Source: Marsupella aquatica (taxonomy: Eukaryota > Plantae > Marchantiophyta). From it: 64,000 nt of DNA. The position numbers and the translations under genes were made by a program. The stretch is from NCBI GenBank assembly GCA_973895155.1, contig CCZZQB010000054.1, forward strand, positions 6,182 to 70,181, given 5' to 3'. The notes under the pieces are model-generated. The model made no database searches and was not told the origin of the DNA. It saw only the letters and a list, made by a program, of their open reading frames with translations. How positions within the stretch are numbered: position 1 is the first letter of the stretch; each line of letters begins with the position of its first letter. Below, one piece after another: positions 34,290-46,600 of the stretch.

Positions 34290-35940
34290 CGGTGCAAGGG
34301 CGCCGTTCCTTTTAGGGAGGGCGAACGTGGAGGGAGGAGGCGTGAGTGGGCAGGGCGGGCACGGATCTCCACGTTTAGGATTAGGATCAGAACCAGGAGC
34401 GGCCCTGACACTTAGCTTAGTGGGATTGCGGTCCCACTGGTAGGAGCAACACTTGTGCTCCTGCCTTGCTGTACATAGGTAGATTCGGGCAAGTAGATTA
34501 CTGTCAGGTAGATTAGGCTTACGATGCAAAGAATGGCGGATCCACTACCAGGATAAGTACCTGGGCAGCGGGGAGCTCATGGCCTCTTCTTTAGCAAGTT
34601 TTTAGTTTGCACCAGCCGGGCTGGGATCAAGTAGTACGAGAAGCTCTCGGTTAGTCATACAGTGACCCTTGTGTATATTCATGTTTCCTCATGCCTAAGA
34701 GCTGAATAGAGTTGGCCTCACGGCTTAGTTCGCAGAACTTGTGTATGAGATGTACTGTTTGTATGGCAAGTGCATGGTATGACTCAATCAGAATGAGTCA
34801 ATTTGCTATTTGTGTGTCGCATTAACTTGTGTGAAGAGTGCCCACATCAACAGAAGGAAGGAAAGTAAGCAGGGGAGTGAGAGTTGGATGTGTCGAGCTG
34901 AGAGAGGTCTTAGCGGCTTAACCAAGCCTATTGGGGATCATTCCGGCGGCGGAATCCAAACATACCTAACAAGACGGAGGGGAAGACAGGGGAAGACAAG
35001 GGAAGGCCTATATTAGGCCGGCTACGTATCTCATGACCCGATGAAGGATCTGTCCAGTATATGTGTGTAAAATGTTAATAGTAGTAGTAGAAGGTTAGCA
35101 GCGTCCCATGCCGCTAAGCCGCGGAAACGGCCTCGCCAAGCACGAAACCTGCGGGAATTGGCTTGAGCTGGGGGGTTTCTTGGGGTTAGGGAGCCATGGG
35201 ACGCACCACAGTGACCAAGGAGGTAAACCCGGCACCAACCACAGGCAGGGTCACGGTAGAGGATCCAACTACCCTAGAAGGTGGGGATGGCAAAGCCAAG
35301 GCCAAGACACTCAGTGATGAAGCCGGGGTAACGGATCCACCACTAGAGCATGTCGGGGAGGCCGTAGCCGTATTAGAGGCCGTGGTCGATGCTGAGGGCG
35401 AAGCCGAGGGTGGACCCGGTCAGGCCGCGGGTGAGTTGACTGGGTCTGGGGCAGGTAATCTGTTAGAGGATGGACCTACGGTAGTGGTTGCGGAGGAAGC
35501 ATTGGGGGCGTCCATTGAGGATTAGCCACCGCTACCATGACGGTGGTGGAGGGCCACTCCTTTTAAGGAGGGCGGACGTGGAGGGAGGAGGCGTGAGTGG
35601 GCAGGGCGGGCTCAGATCTCCAAGTTTAGAATTAGGATAAGGACCAAGAGGCGGCCCTGACACTTAGATTAGTGGGATTGCGGATCCACTGGTAAGAAGA
35701 ACACTTGTGCTCCTGCCTCGCTGTACATAGGTAAATTATAATTAGGATAGATTAGGCTTACACTACAAGGAATTAGGCAGATCCACTACCAAGATAAGTA
35801 CCTGGGCAGCGAGGAGTTGAGGCCTTCTTCTTTAGCAAGTTTTTAGTGCACCAGCAGGGCTGTGAAACTTGTGTATATTCATGTTTCCTCATGCCTAAGA
35901 GATGAATAGAGTTGGCCTCAAGGCTTAGTTTGCAAATCTT

Positions 35941-36289
35941 CATTGAATGGTAGCAATTTTATAAATTTTGTTCCCCCACAAAAAGCCCCACGGGAAGGGC
36001 GCACAAACAGGCAGCAAGGCCAAGAAGGCAACATCCAGTAGGGTAGCAGCCCAATCACACCGACACAACAAAGGGCCAGGCTTCCGCCTCAACCCAACAC
36101 CCCCGCGCCCGGACAGAGCACAACAGGGAGGGCACCCCTAAATACACAAAGAAACACATCACACGGCCAGTCCAAATTTGGAGAGCACGGCCAAGAAAGC
36201 AACAAAAGGCAGCCAACAAGCGGCCCATCACCCAAAAGAGATCAATCTCCCACCACCGCCAACCCAACCCCTACGAAGACTGTCAATCC
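35941..36289. other. 349-bp insertion in F flanked by a 14-bp near-perfect duplication
   Basis: AGTTTGCAAATCTT (35927-35940) and AGTTTGCAGATCTT (36290-36303); the insert is absent from the D LTRs. Confidence 0.75.
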
Positions 36290-36758
36290 AGTTTGCAGAT
36301 CTTGTGTATGAGAAGTACTGTTTGTATGGCAAGTGCATGGTATAACTCAGTCAGAAGGAGTCATTTTGCTATTTGTGTGTCGCATTAACTTGTTTGAAGA
36401 TTGCCCGCATTAACCAAGAAGGGAGTAAGCAAGGTAGTAAGAGTTGGATGTGTCGAGCTGAGAGAGGTCTTAGTGGCTTACCCAAGCCAATTGGGGATCA
36501 TTCTGGCGGCAAAATCCAAACATACCTAAAGGAAGACCAAGAGAGGAGGCCAAGGGAAGACATAGAAGAGGCCGACTACGTATCTCATGACCCGATGAAG
36601 GATCTGTCCAATATATGTGTATAAGTTGTTTGTAGAATGAGGTTAGCAGCGTCCTATGCCGCTAAGCCGCAGAACCGGCCTCACCGAGAGCAAAACCTAC
36701 GGGAATCGACTTGTGCAGGGGGGTTTCTTGGGTTTAGGGAGCCATGGGACGCACCACA

Positions 36759-37328
36759 GGAGGAAACTCAAATACAACATTTCCATTGTACTTGTTTGGC
36801 AAACAAGGAACTTGCTCGTGTTGGAAGTCCCCTGCCGCGATAAATCTTGACAGTTCACTATGTCCCGTGGCCTTGAGTAAGGCATCCATTGCACTCCGCC
36901 GGTAACCTTATGGACACCTCCGGAGGTGGCCACCGGTTCACTCTTAAGGCAACTAGAGTCTGGAACTTTGTACTTCACAGGAGGATTGGGCGCAACATCA
37001 TCATCTTCACTCTAAGATATTTCAACAACCTGGGTCAAAATGTTCTCAACAACCGATTGAAGAGGAGTAAGTTGGACATGAAGCGAGTAACAAAGTTCGA
37101 CATTCATGTGCCAGAAACGTATTCCTCATCCACATCAAATGTCGCAGCACGTTCAAGTCCTGCACTCATTGACTCCTCATGAACAATCGACGCAATGTCA
37201 TTGATTCTCAAATCGAATCTCCCACACAGGTAGGTTTCGCTTACTTGCTTGTAAGTATCATAAACTTGCATGGGAACCTTGACGACGTCCCCAGTACAAG
37301 CACGTGTAATAACAATTGAGCGCAACAT
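36759..37328 (-). pseudogene. MULE1 transposase N-terminal fragment, interrupted by F
   Basis: SIVITR...YLCGRFDLRINDI and RRSAMDALLK...HEQVPCLPNKYNGNVVFEFPP match the 47227 ORF. Confidence 0.85.
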
Positions 37329-38349
37329 TGTAGATGAATGAAGTTAAAGCCACTGGAAATTCATGCACTAAGCCAATCCCGGCCGTATGGGTTGCTTATA
37401 CCACCCCTTCAAAGAGCACCGGCCGTTAAAAGAGTTGTTTCAATACGACAGAGAACACGCACAACTTTGCGTCCGTTGAAATCATAAATGAAACATTTGT
37501 CCTTTTTGCCCGACAAGTGCGGGTGTCAGGAATATTTATAACATGAATACGACTAGATAATATCCTATACAAGTGCGTCCATTTCATTAGCGTTGGGCGC
37601 TACCTAAAAAGCATCTGAATAACAATGACTTAATTTGAAAAGTCTTGTGACTAGTGCCTGGCGCTAGCATAATCATACACGCAATATTCATGAATTGTTT
37701 TTGCAAAATATTCCATTACAAGCATTTTTAAGTTCAAATACAGTAAATTGGTACTAGCGCTGCACTCGGCGCTAGTATTGATACAATATACTTAATACCT
37801 TAATATCAAGTAAAGTTTAGTTACTATGGTTGAGAAGAGTACATTTGGAAGTTTGTTAACAATATCTGGTACTAAAATGCAACATTAATCAAATGATTCA
37901 CATGGCTAGCGCTGGGCGCTAGCATTTGTTCACCAATAAGTTTTTGAATTTAGTGGTCACTTCTTTGTTAGCGCCTGGCGCTGGCATTGCATGTCTGTCT
38001 GAAAGGTGTGGAGACAACGGTAACATTTAACGGTCACTATTGTTTAGCGTGATGATCACGCCAACATTTTAGCGTAATTCACATTAATACTTCTCACGAT
38101 TTCTAAATTGTCGCCTTCTGTCACGGATAAGTAATATTGAATCTCGTCGTTCACAATGAGTAACGTCTGATTACAAAGAGGGGAATAGAGCTCATTGATC
38201 GGATATAATACGGATGCAATTGTTAATATGGTACGAAGAATTGGTAATCGGTCGTGAGAATTCTGTTCATAGACCTTTCATCATAAAGACGATGGATGCA
38301 GTCCCCTCCTCGTCGAGGGGGTATAGTGTGGTTGGGGATTGGGATCGTG

Positions 38350-39488
38350 GGTATTGCGAGTCTTCTGAGTCTTCATTCTCTGGTTCAATGTATACACGTC
38401 GAGTAACAAGGTCCACCGCATCGCTTATTCCAATCTTTGGTATTTCATTTGCCAAGCCAGTGAGAATGAAAATGGAGAATCTTGATACATTTGCAATTCA
38501 AGATGTTTCATTTTCGGAGATCGATCTTATTTCAAAACACGTCATGTCTTTTGGGAAAGATTTCAGAGGTTTTGACAAAGAGCCTTCACAAATTCCGCTA
38601 TGTCGATTGGTGCATATGGAGGTTGTCCGAACTCTGCAGAAAGATAGCTCTTCCATCGACAAGCTGAAAGACTCTTTCCGTAGCATGGGATACAATTCTT
38701 CAATTGGAATGAGGTTTATGTTCAGCCCACTGATGCTGAGGGAGTGCTTCTCACCTGTACTCAAGAAATTTGTGATAGTTGGGATCCAATATGGACATCT
38801 GAGAATGAGAAATTTGAGGAAGAATATGCTGCCGACCCAGATTTTCTGGTTTTGAAGGATAGAATGTTCTCCATTTTTTACGGGAACCATAGGCTTTACT
38901 CATGGACACTTGTCACATAGGAGAATCCCCAAAACCCAAAGTACCACCCGCGAGTGCTTTGTACAGTTTTCAATGGGGACAAGGGTTCACTGATAGAAAT
39001 CAAAGTTGCTATGCACATCGTAACCAGTAAGAGTTCTCTTTTGTGCATAACTTTGTGAGTCATTGTGAATTGTTAATTCTTTCTAGCATAACTTTCTGAG
39101 GCCATGTTTTACAAGCGCCTGACGCTGCTTATATGTTCTCATTTTGTTCTTTTATTTCAGGCTTGGACAAGCCGTTGTGGAACCCTCCTGGATCCTAGAC
39201 GTCGATTGAATTAAGTGGATCTTGATGCACGACCTGGAGTATTATAGTAAGCTCATCGACCCAACGAATTACAAGAAGTTTGAGCAGATCAGGATGAAGA
39301 TGCAGAAGGAATCCTGGTACACAAAGAAGATGCCTCAGGAGGCTCTTGTGTACATTCTATGTCAAGATAAGATTAAGTCGAATTCAAACCAGTTCAAGAT
39401 TGACATGGAGTCCGTTGCGGCCCTCGGTACCCCTTGGTCGGTCGAGGAGGTTTCCAAAAGGCATGCTGTTATGATGAAGGAAGCAACG
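38350..39488 (+). pseudogene. MULE1 passenger gene, ParB-like N-terminal part (2 exons, truncated)
   Basis: IPLCRLVHMEVVR...KLKDSF...GY, then in another frame RMFSIFYGNHRLYSW at about 38880. Intron at about 39026-39160 in the same position as in MULE2; stops and frameshifts present. Confidence 0.75.
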
Positions 39489-40687
39489 AGGTGTTTACAA
39501 AAGGCAGGAAAACAGGAAACAGGCATTCATAACAGAAACTGGTAACAAGGAAAAAGACTGGTAACAGGAAAATTCTAGTCTCAAACTTTTGAAAAAAATT
39601 TCTGGTAGCACCCGGCGCTGGTAAAAATAGCGCCGACGGCGAGGTTTTTTTAAAAGACACCAAAAAAACAAACAGGAGTAAATATAAGAAACTCGTACCG
39701 GTAGGAACTCTCCACGGTTATTGCTAGCGCCGAGCGCTGTGAAGAGTCTATAATTTGTACCAATTGCACTCTCGGAGGATATTTAATGAAGGGGGTTATG
39801 AAATGTTTGATCTCGGAATGCTATTTAAGTCAATTATAATTAACCAAAACCTTTCAGTAGCGCCTGGCGCTACTACAGTAATCCCAGTTGACAACCATCG
39901 TCTATTCTAGCCTCCTCCCGATCAGGGTCTTTCCAGAAGACATCTAGCTGCAAAGATCCATGACTATTCCCGCCAGTTCACCTAATACCATAAAATCAGA
40001 CGGAAAACAAAACATTCATGCAACACAGCCCGGAAAGAATCGATCCACACCCAAGAACCCTTAGAAAATTGGGAAGCGCCCGACGCTAACCAATATTGCA
40101 CCTGAGAACATGTCTTCACAACTCAAACTTCAAGAATCTGAAATAAAATATAATAGTGACAGTATGTTTGAGGAGCGCCTGGCGCTAGTAAAAGTTGAAA
40201 GGGCTTAAAATCAGCCAATTCATCGAAATGGTTACATATTGAAACATTAAATGATGTATTTGAAGAAAACCCCATTGCTACCTATAAACTACCAGATGTT
40301 TTTGATGCGGAGCTTTCAGATTTGTCTGTGGACTCGGCTTTGTCATCAATGTACTTGCTTCGGGAAACATCATCTATATAAGGGTTGCTCATGAACTTCC
40401 TGTCTGCTCCCCTCTGAAGACGTAGATCTTTTGTTTCCCAACAAAAAGTTCTAATTTTGTCAACCCTCCTAGCGGCATTTTCAGCGTATGAGGGAAAAAC
40501 AAACGGCTTCTCAGGATTGACAATTATATTCCTAGCTAGTCTCCTCCGGAGTTGGAAATGCTTCCTCAGATTCCATTCTGACCTGATCCAGTAAAACGGA
40601 AAAACATATGAGTTTAGGAGATAAGAGAGCAAGAACCCAGAATTGTCAACAACACTTGAAAGGATAAAGAAGCTTACTGGAAGAACA

Positions 40688-43600
40688 TTACTCGTCTGAT
40701 TCTTCGCTCTTCTCCGAAGAATCTTCCTCCTGTGTTTTCTCTGTGTCATCTCCGACGTCTCCAGAGGTACCTTCCTCTTCGTCATAATCAAAATTGAGAA
40801 CAGATCGGAGCCTATCTTTCTTTTTGCAACCACTTAAATTGGTCGGAACATGCCTGGGATCAAGAAGTTCTAAGAAAACCCTTGATGCGGTCTCAACAAA
40901 CTCACGCCTATTTTCCAACCCAATCACAAAATGACCAGAAAAATCACCAGCAATGAATGTGCTTCCTGAACCTACAGTCCAGTCAAGGACAATATCTCCA
41001 GGAAGAGTAAAAAGCTCTATCACTGACTGCATAAAACCAACCGAAAGACAGGCGTTCCCAACAAAATCCAACTCCGGGCAATGATCTGTCTTCAAGGTTT
41101 GGAGCCCAATCAAGTTAGAGATCGAAGGATCTTCACTTATTGATAGAGGCTTAAACCTTCGATCCTTTGGTACCTTTCCTTTTGAAGAAGTTCGACAAAA
41201 TATGTCTAGCCTAAGGGTAAATACCTGCACGCATCACACACGTTTGGCTCAAATTATCAACCGATGGGTAATGTTCGAGAACTACAGCAAAGACTAAATT
41301 AGCACCGGGCGCTGTCATGAGGTTTCCATCCTAAAGGAGGAATCCTCATATTTTGTGAAGGAAGTTGAAACCTATTTTACTTCTAACTTGGGCAAGTTGA
41401 CTTGACTTGAGCTAACTTGACCAAGGTGAAGGAGGAAGTAGAGTTATGAGGGTCAAGGTAGGGATGAGGTCAAGCCTACCCACCCTTGTTACTATTGTGG
41501 GGTATGTTTTTCATTTGTGACCAGCGATTAAGTTATCATTTGGCGGATTGGCGGAATGGAGGTTGCTTGCTCAACAAGCAAGGTATTTAGGGTTTTGGCA
41601 ACATGGTGACCAGGTTCATTGAATACATGGAGGAGGTGACCAGGTTCAAGGCATGTAAGAGGGTTTGGTCCAAGTGCATCAGTTTTGTGAGATTTGGACC
41701 AGATTCAGATTTTTGTGTTAAATGGACCAGATTCAATGTATCTACTTCAACGGTGGATCTTGGTTTTGGTTAATGGATGGTTTGGATTGAAGGTGGAGAT
41801 GTGAGTTAGGGCTTGGTGGAGGTCGTGGCTTTTTCAAAAATGTCGAAGCTCATTTGGTTTACAAGTTACTAAGGAGGGGTTTTTTGGCTCATTTTTGGCC
41901 GTTTGATCTAATTGGTGTGAGATTGAGGGCTGTGATTCAACGAGGATTAAAACCATAAGTGGAGGGGCTTGTGGGTGCTCTGGGCCTTCCCACGTGGGTA
42001 CTAAAGGAGGAAGTTCGAGTGGCCAAGAGTTCGGAGGTTAGATGCTGCTGAAGTGCTGCCGTTTTGCCATTTTGGAGTGTTAAGTCCCATTTTTAGTTGT
42101 AGGAGCGAACCTCTTGAGGGGAGCTCGAGCATGAGGCATGAGTGAAGGGGGAGCCCTCCTCCTTGGCCATGGCCTTAGGATTTTGAGGGTAGGAGATGTA
42201 GAGGCAATTTTGTGAAGAGATAGATGGAGTAGAAGCTTTGAATGTGAAGAGATTGAGTTTTGTGACGGTTTTTCTAGGGATTTGGAGAGAGGTTTCGAAT
42301 GTAGGAGAGGCTGACTCGAAGCCTTAGGAAGGAGGTAGGATGTGAGTAGGAAGTATAAGGGGCTTGCATGAGAGATTGCCCACAAGAAGGCATACTCGAA
42401 GTAGGTTTGTTGCTTCAAGTTTTGAGGAGAATGGACTTGTAGGAGATTTTCGAAAGCTTAGAGGAGATGAGACCTAATCTTGTTGAAGCTTGGGAGTCTT
42501 GCATTAGAGATGGCTCACTAAGAAGGCCTACTCTCTTGTAAACTCCTTGACTTGAAGCTTCGAAAGTAGATTTGGTTGATAGAAGGAAGTATGAGAGAAG
42601 GAGACTAGGGTTTTGAAGCTTGGATAGGCTATGGAGGGATTTTGAATGCTTGGTTGATGATTAGACTTGGTGATGATTCATTTTTTCTAGGAGGGTCTTG
42701 CTTGTGACCCATGTTTTTACTTGGAGACCATGATGCTACATGTGCCTTCTTGCTATGCATTTAGAGGAGAGGTATCCTCGTTTTTGAGATGTGTGTTGAT
42801 GCCTTGCTTTGGCTATGAGTGATGGAATGGTTAGAATGAATGTCTTCATGCCATTTTCGAATGTTGTTGTGAGCTTGAAGGTGTTTTTGAAAGTAGATGG
42901 GTTGGATGAAGGTACTTTCAAAAGTAGTTATTATGCATGAGGGAAGTTGCAAGAGTAAAGAGTGAAGGCATTTTTGATTGATGGAATGGGTTGTTTGTGG
43001 ATTGTACTTGGTGGTTCTACTAGAGGAAGGGACTAAGGTCAATTCCATGTTTGTTAAGGAGTTTGTTGACCAACCCTAGGTCATTTTTCGAAAGTAGTTT
43101 TCCATGTTTCAACAGTTGGATGTTTGAATGGTGCATAGAGATCCCTTGCATACCTTTGGATGTCCCACTTGTCTTAGCCACAACCAAGAGTGACCCGTAA
43201 CTTGACCACATTGATGTAAGCTTGAACTTGTGTACCTTAGAGGGTTGCAAGGGATTGTGTGCAATCAAGTGTTGGAAAAGGAATGGTGACCAATTGAATG
43301 TTGGGCTTAGACTTGTGAGGATTACATTGGGAAGCTTGAACTAGTTATTTTGATTGTGATTGGATATGAGTATGTAAATGGCTTGAGTTTCGAAAGCATG
43401 CTTGCTTGCTTGTGATGATGTGGATGAAAGGTTAGGGTAGATACTTTGTCTTGTTTGCAACCGTTTCCTATCTCTCAAGCAGCCATACACCCTGCGTGTC
43501 CCTTGAGGCCCTTTCCCACCTCTTTGCTTATCCTCAGGACAGCGCTAACAATAAACAAGAGATGCAACGATCTATACCTGAATATTGGTGTTTGCTCTGT

Positions 43601-46600
43601 ACATGGGCATAGACATGATGACATTGTGAGAATTGACACAATGGAACTTTTTTGACTGCTGGCATGCTGAAATGACCTGCGAGACCTGGTCATGGTCATC
43701 TAAATACAAGATTGCAAGCATGCCATCATCAGAAAGGAAAGGGTCCATCGCTTTGAAGAAAGAACTGGGAACTGTGTGGTCTGGTACATTCCACTTTGGA
43801 ACCCGACGGTCCATGAGCGTAGGTTTAAGTCCAGTAGGAAGATAGATGAATCCTGCATTGACACCAAACGATCTTTCTTTTCCTCCTCTGATTACTCCCT
43901 TTACTCGGGAACCCGACTTGATTAAGTCCCGTCCCCATTTCTCTGCATCAGTCATCCAATCTGGTTTCGCTGCTTTGTTGAAAGCAGTATCAATAAATTC
44001 TTGGATACTTGTTTCCACCATGCAATGCCTAGAAGATTTGCTCTTGAAGGTTCCCACATCTCTCTGAACACCAGTTCCAGCGGCATCATCTGGGGAAAAT
44101 TCTCCAGCTTGAATTGCCCTTTTCTTCTTCTTCTTTGTATTGGTTGCATCAAGAGGGACGATCTCTTTCGCTTTGTCAATTGGAGTTACTGGGTCTGACT
44201 GGGCACCGGTATTGGCTTCGGAAGGCTCCAGAGTGGCATCTACTTTTGTTTCATTGGTTGCAGCATCAGACTTTCTCCCACCTAAAGGAAAAAGAGTAGA
44301 ATTTATTCAATGCTAAATAATAGCACCAGTCGCTGTCCAAACCAATTGAAAAAACAAACCAATAGACATAGTCATATAGCAGCGCTTGGCGCTAACCAAA
44401 ATGTGAAGCTACAAGCTGAATGACAACTTAAGTTTTTTGGCGGACCGCGTTGAGGTACTCGGTGCCGCAGCTTTGGTTTTTGCTTTGGCTCTGGGTTTAC
44501 GACTTCGATCAACATGAACAACCGTAGTTTTGCACACCGATTGCAATTCTGCCGCCGACTTGCTCACATCACCTTTGATTCCTGCTTCATGTCGGACACA
44601 AACTTGGGAGGGACCTGAGACTTTGAAAGCTTATGAAATGCGTCTTTCTCAATGTCTCTAAATGGAGAGTCCCATCTATCGGTGTCCAAATACCAAGGAC
44701 AATGAATTCTCTCCCATTCTGACAGTTTCCTTGGTGGAAGACACCCTTCAGCGGGATACATTGAATACACATCGGCCAGTATGTCTCCTTCGGGAACAAC
44801 GATCCACTTTTGGAAAGCAGCAGGGTATGCCCAAAAGTAATTTGGCTTCACAATCTCCATATGCATGAAGAAATGGTACAGGTATCATTTGGCCCTCTTC
44901 TGATTCTTGAGGGTGTAGTCAGCCTTGTCGGGATACTTGGAAGGCCACATTGTATTAAAAAACTTGCCTTTCACAGCGTCCCCAAATTTCTTGAAGTCAT
45001 TTGAGACTATTTCAATAAGCGATTCAATCGACTCACACTCCCACTCCTGCAACCGATTGGCGTGGACTATATCATTGACCTGGCGTAGGGAGGTTTGTAG
45101 CAAACCAATAGCGATTCCCTCCACAGTGTTCCAAGTTTTCTAGGTATGGCACCGTTGCTTCACTGGATCGTCATTAACGCTCTGTGGATGGAAGAATTGT
45201 TTCCTCAGCTCCGGTGTACAATGGGCAACCAGAAGGGTACTCCTCAGCTTGGGGTCGAGGGCAAAGACAGCGGTAACCAATCTTGCTCGATCCATTGTAC
45301 AGACAATTGCATCCGGATTCTTCTCTCTCTTATTCTTCTCTGTGAGGGGGTACATCTCAGCACATGTCCGCATGAAATCCTCAAAAGTGGGGCTTAACAG
45401 AGGAGTGATTTTTGACACCTTTATCGCCCAATCCTTTGTTGCCTCCATCATCGCTGCATGTCTTTTTGAAATCTCTGCGGGAGACCAAGGTGTACCCTGA
45501 GCGGCAGCATGTTCCAGATCCATCTTAAACTGTCTAGAATTAGACTTGATCTTATTCTCACACAAGATGTACAGAAGCGCTTCTTGAGGCATTTTTTTCG
45601 TATACCACGATCCCTTCCGTGTTTTCTGCATGATCTACCCAAACTTCTTGAAGTTTGCAGCGTCAATGATAGACTTGTAGTAATTCAGTTCATTCGAGAG
45701 AATTTGGTTGATACGGTCTGCATCAAGTATCCAAGAGAGTTCGACCACTACCTGCCCAAGCCTGAAAACGAGAGAGGGAGTCAGTAGCGCCCGACGCTAG
45801 TGAAACACTATGATCATAGATTAGAATAGAAATATATTGGAAGAGACACTTATTGGTTAACAGTGTGCATTGCCGCCTCAATCTCGATCAAGGACCCCTT
45901 TTCTCCCTTGAATATTGTGCACTGGACACGAGGATGGTATTTCATATCATCTGGATTCTCCTTTGTGACGATGGACCATGCGTAGAGTTGATGGTTTCCA
46001 TCAAACACAAAAAACATCTTATCCTACAGGACGCAGAAGTCAGGGTTGGCAGCGCATTCCGCCTCAAACTTTTCGTTCTCTGCGACCCAAATTGCATCCA
46101 GGAAGCACGAATCTCTGGCGTGCAGATCTGGACTTCTCCATTGGAATCTGTTGGTTGGACGTAAAACAGCATGCCGATCTTAGGATTGTATCTTGTGCTC
46201 TGAAAGGAGTCTTTCAGCTTCTCTATCGAAGGGCTTCCCTTCTGTAATGTCCGTACTACTTCCATATGAAGTAGTCGGCACATTGGAATCCTTGGCGGAT
46301 CCTTGTCATGTCCTCGGAAATCTTTTCCAAATGACATAATGTGTTTGGAGATCACATCGTAAACAGTCAGCAACGTCTCTCCAAAGACCTCCATAGCAAA
46401 CGAATTAGAATCATCCATCTTCCCTCTCTTGCTATTCGGGAACAATACAGCGGGTTGTGCTTCAGGGGCTCGCGAAGCAGTGGATCAAGTCACTCGACGA
46501 CTATACACAGATCCTGAAAATGAGCACTCAGATGTTTGCGAGGGGACGACCTCTCTGTGTCGGTTTCCACTAAAGCATTGAGAGGAGGATAAGGCAGGGT

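Larger units (their letters stand above)
18269..35210 (+). mobile_element. Element D: complete Athila-like Ty3/gypsy with 4661-bp LTRs
   Basis: LTRs TGTGATG...CACCACA at 18269-24325 (containing solo LTR E) and 30550-35210. TSD GTGAC at 18264-18268 and 35211-35215; PBS at 24330; PPT at about 30539-30549. Confidence 0.95.
30550..35210 (+). repeat. 3' LTR of D (4661 bp)
   Basis: Follows the PPT AGTGGGGAGCTA and ends before TSD GTGAC. Confidence 0.96.
17158..36758 (+). mobile_element. Element F: degenerate D-family LTR (17158-18268 plus 35216-36758), split by D; its left part is displaced by C
   Basis: Diverged homologue of the D LTR ORF and tail, ending in the same GGGACGCACCACA at 36758 and followed by MULE1 transposase sequence. 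Confidence 0.88.

Noticed and set aside
30550-35210. The 4.7-kb duplication as an assembly artefact
   Set aside because: The copies differ by scattered substitutions, only one carries insertion E, and the unit has matching TSDs, PBS and PPT.
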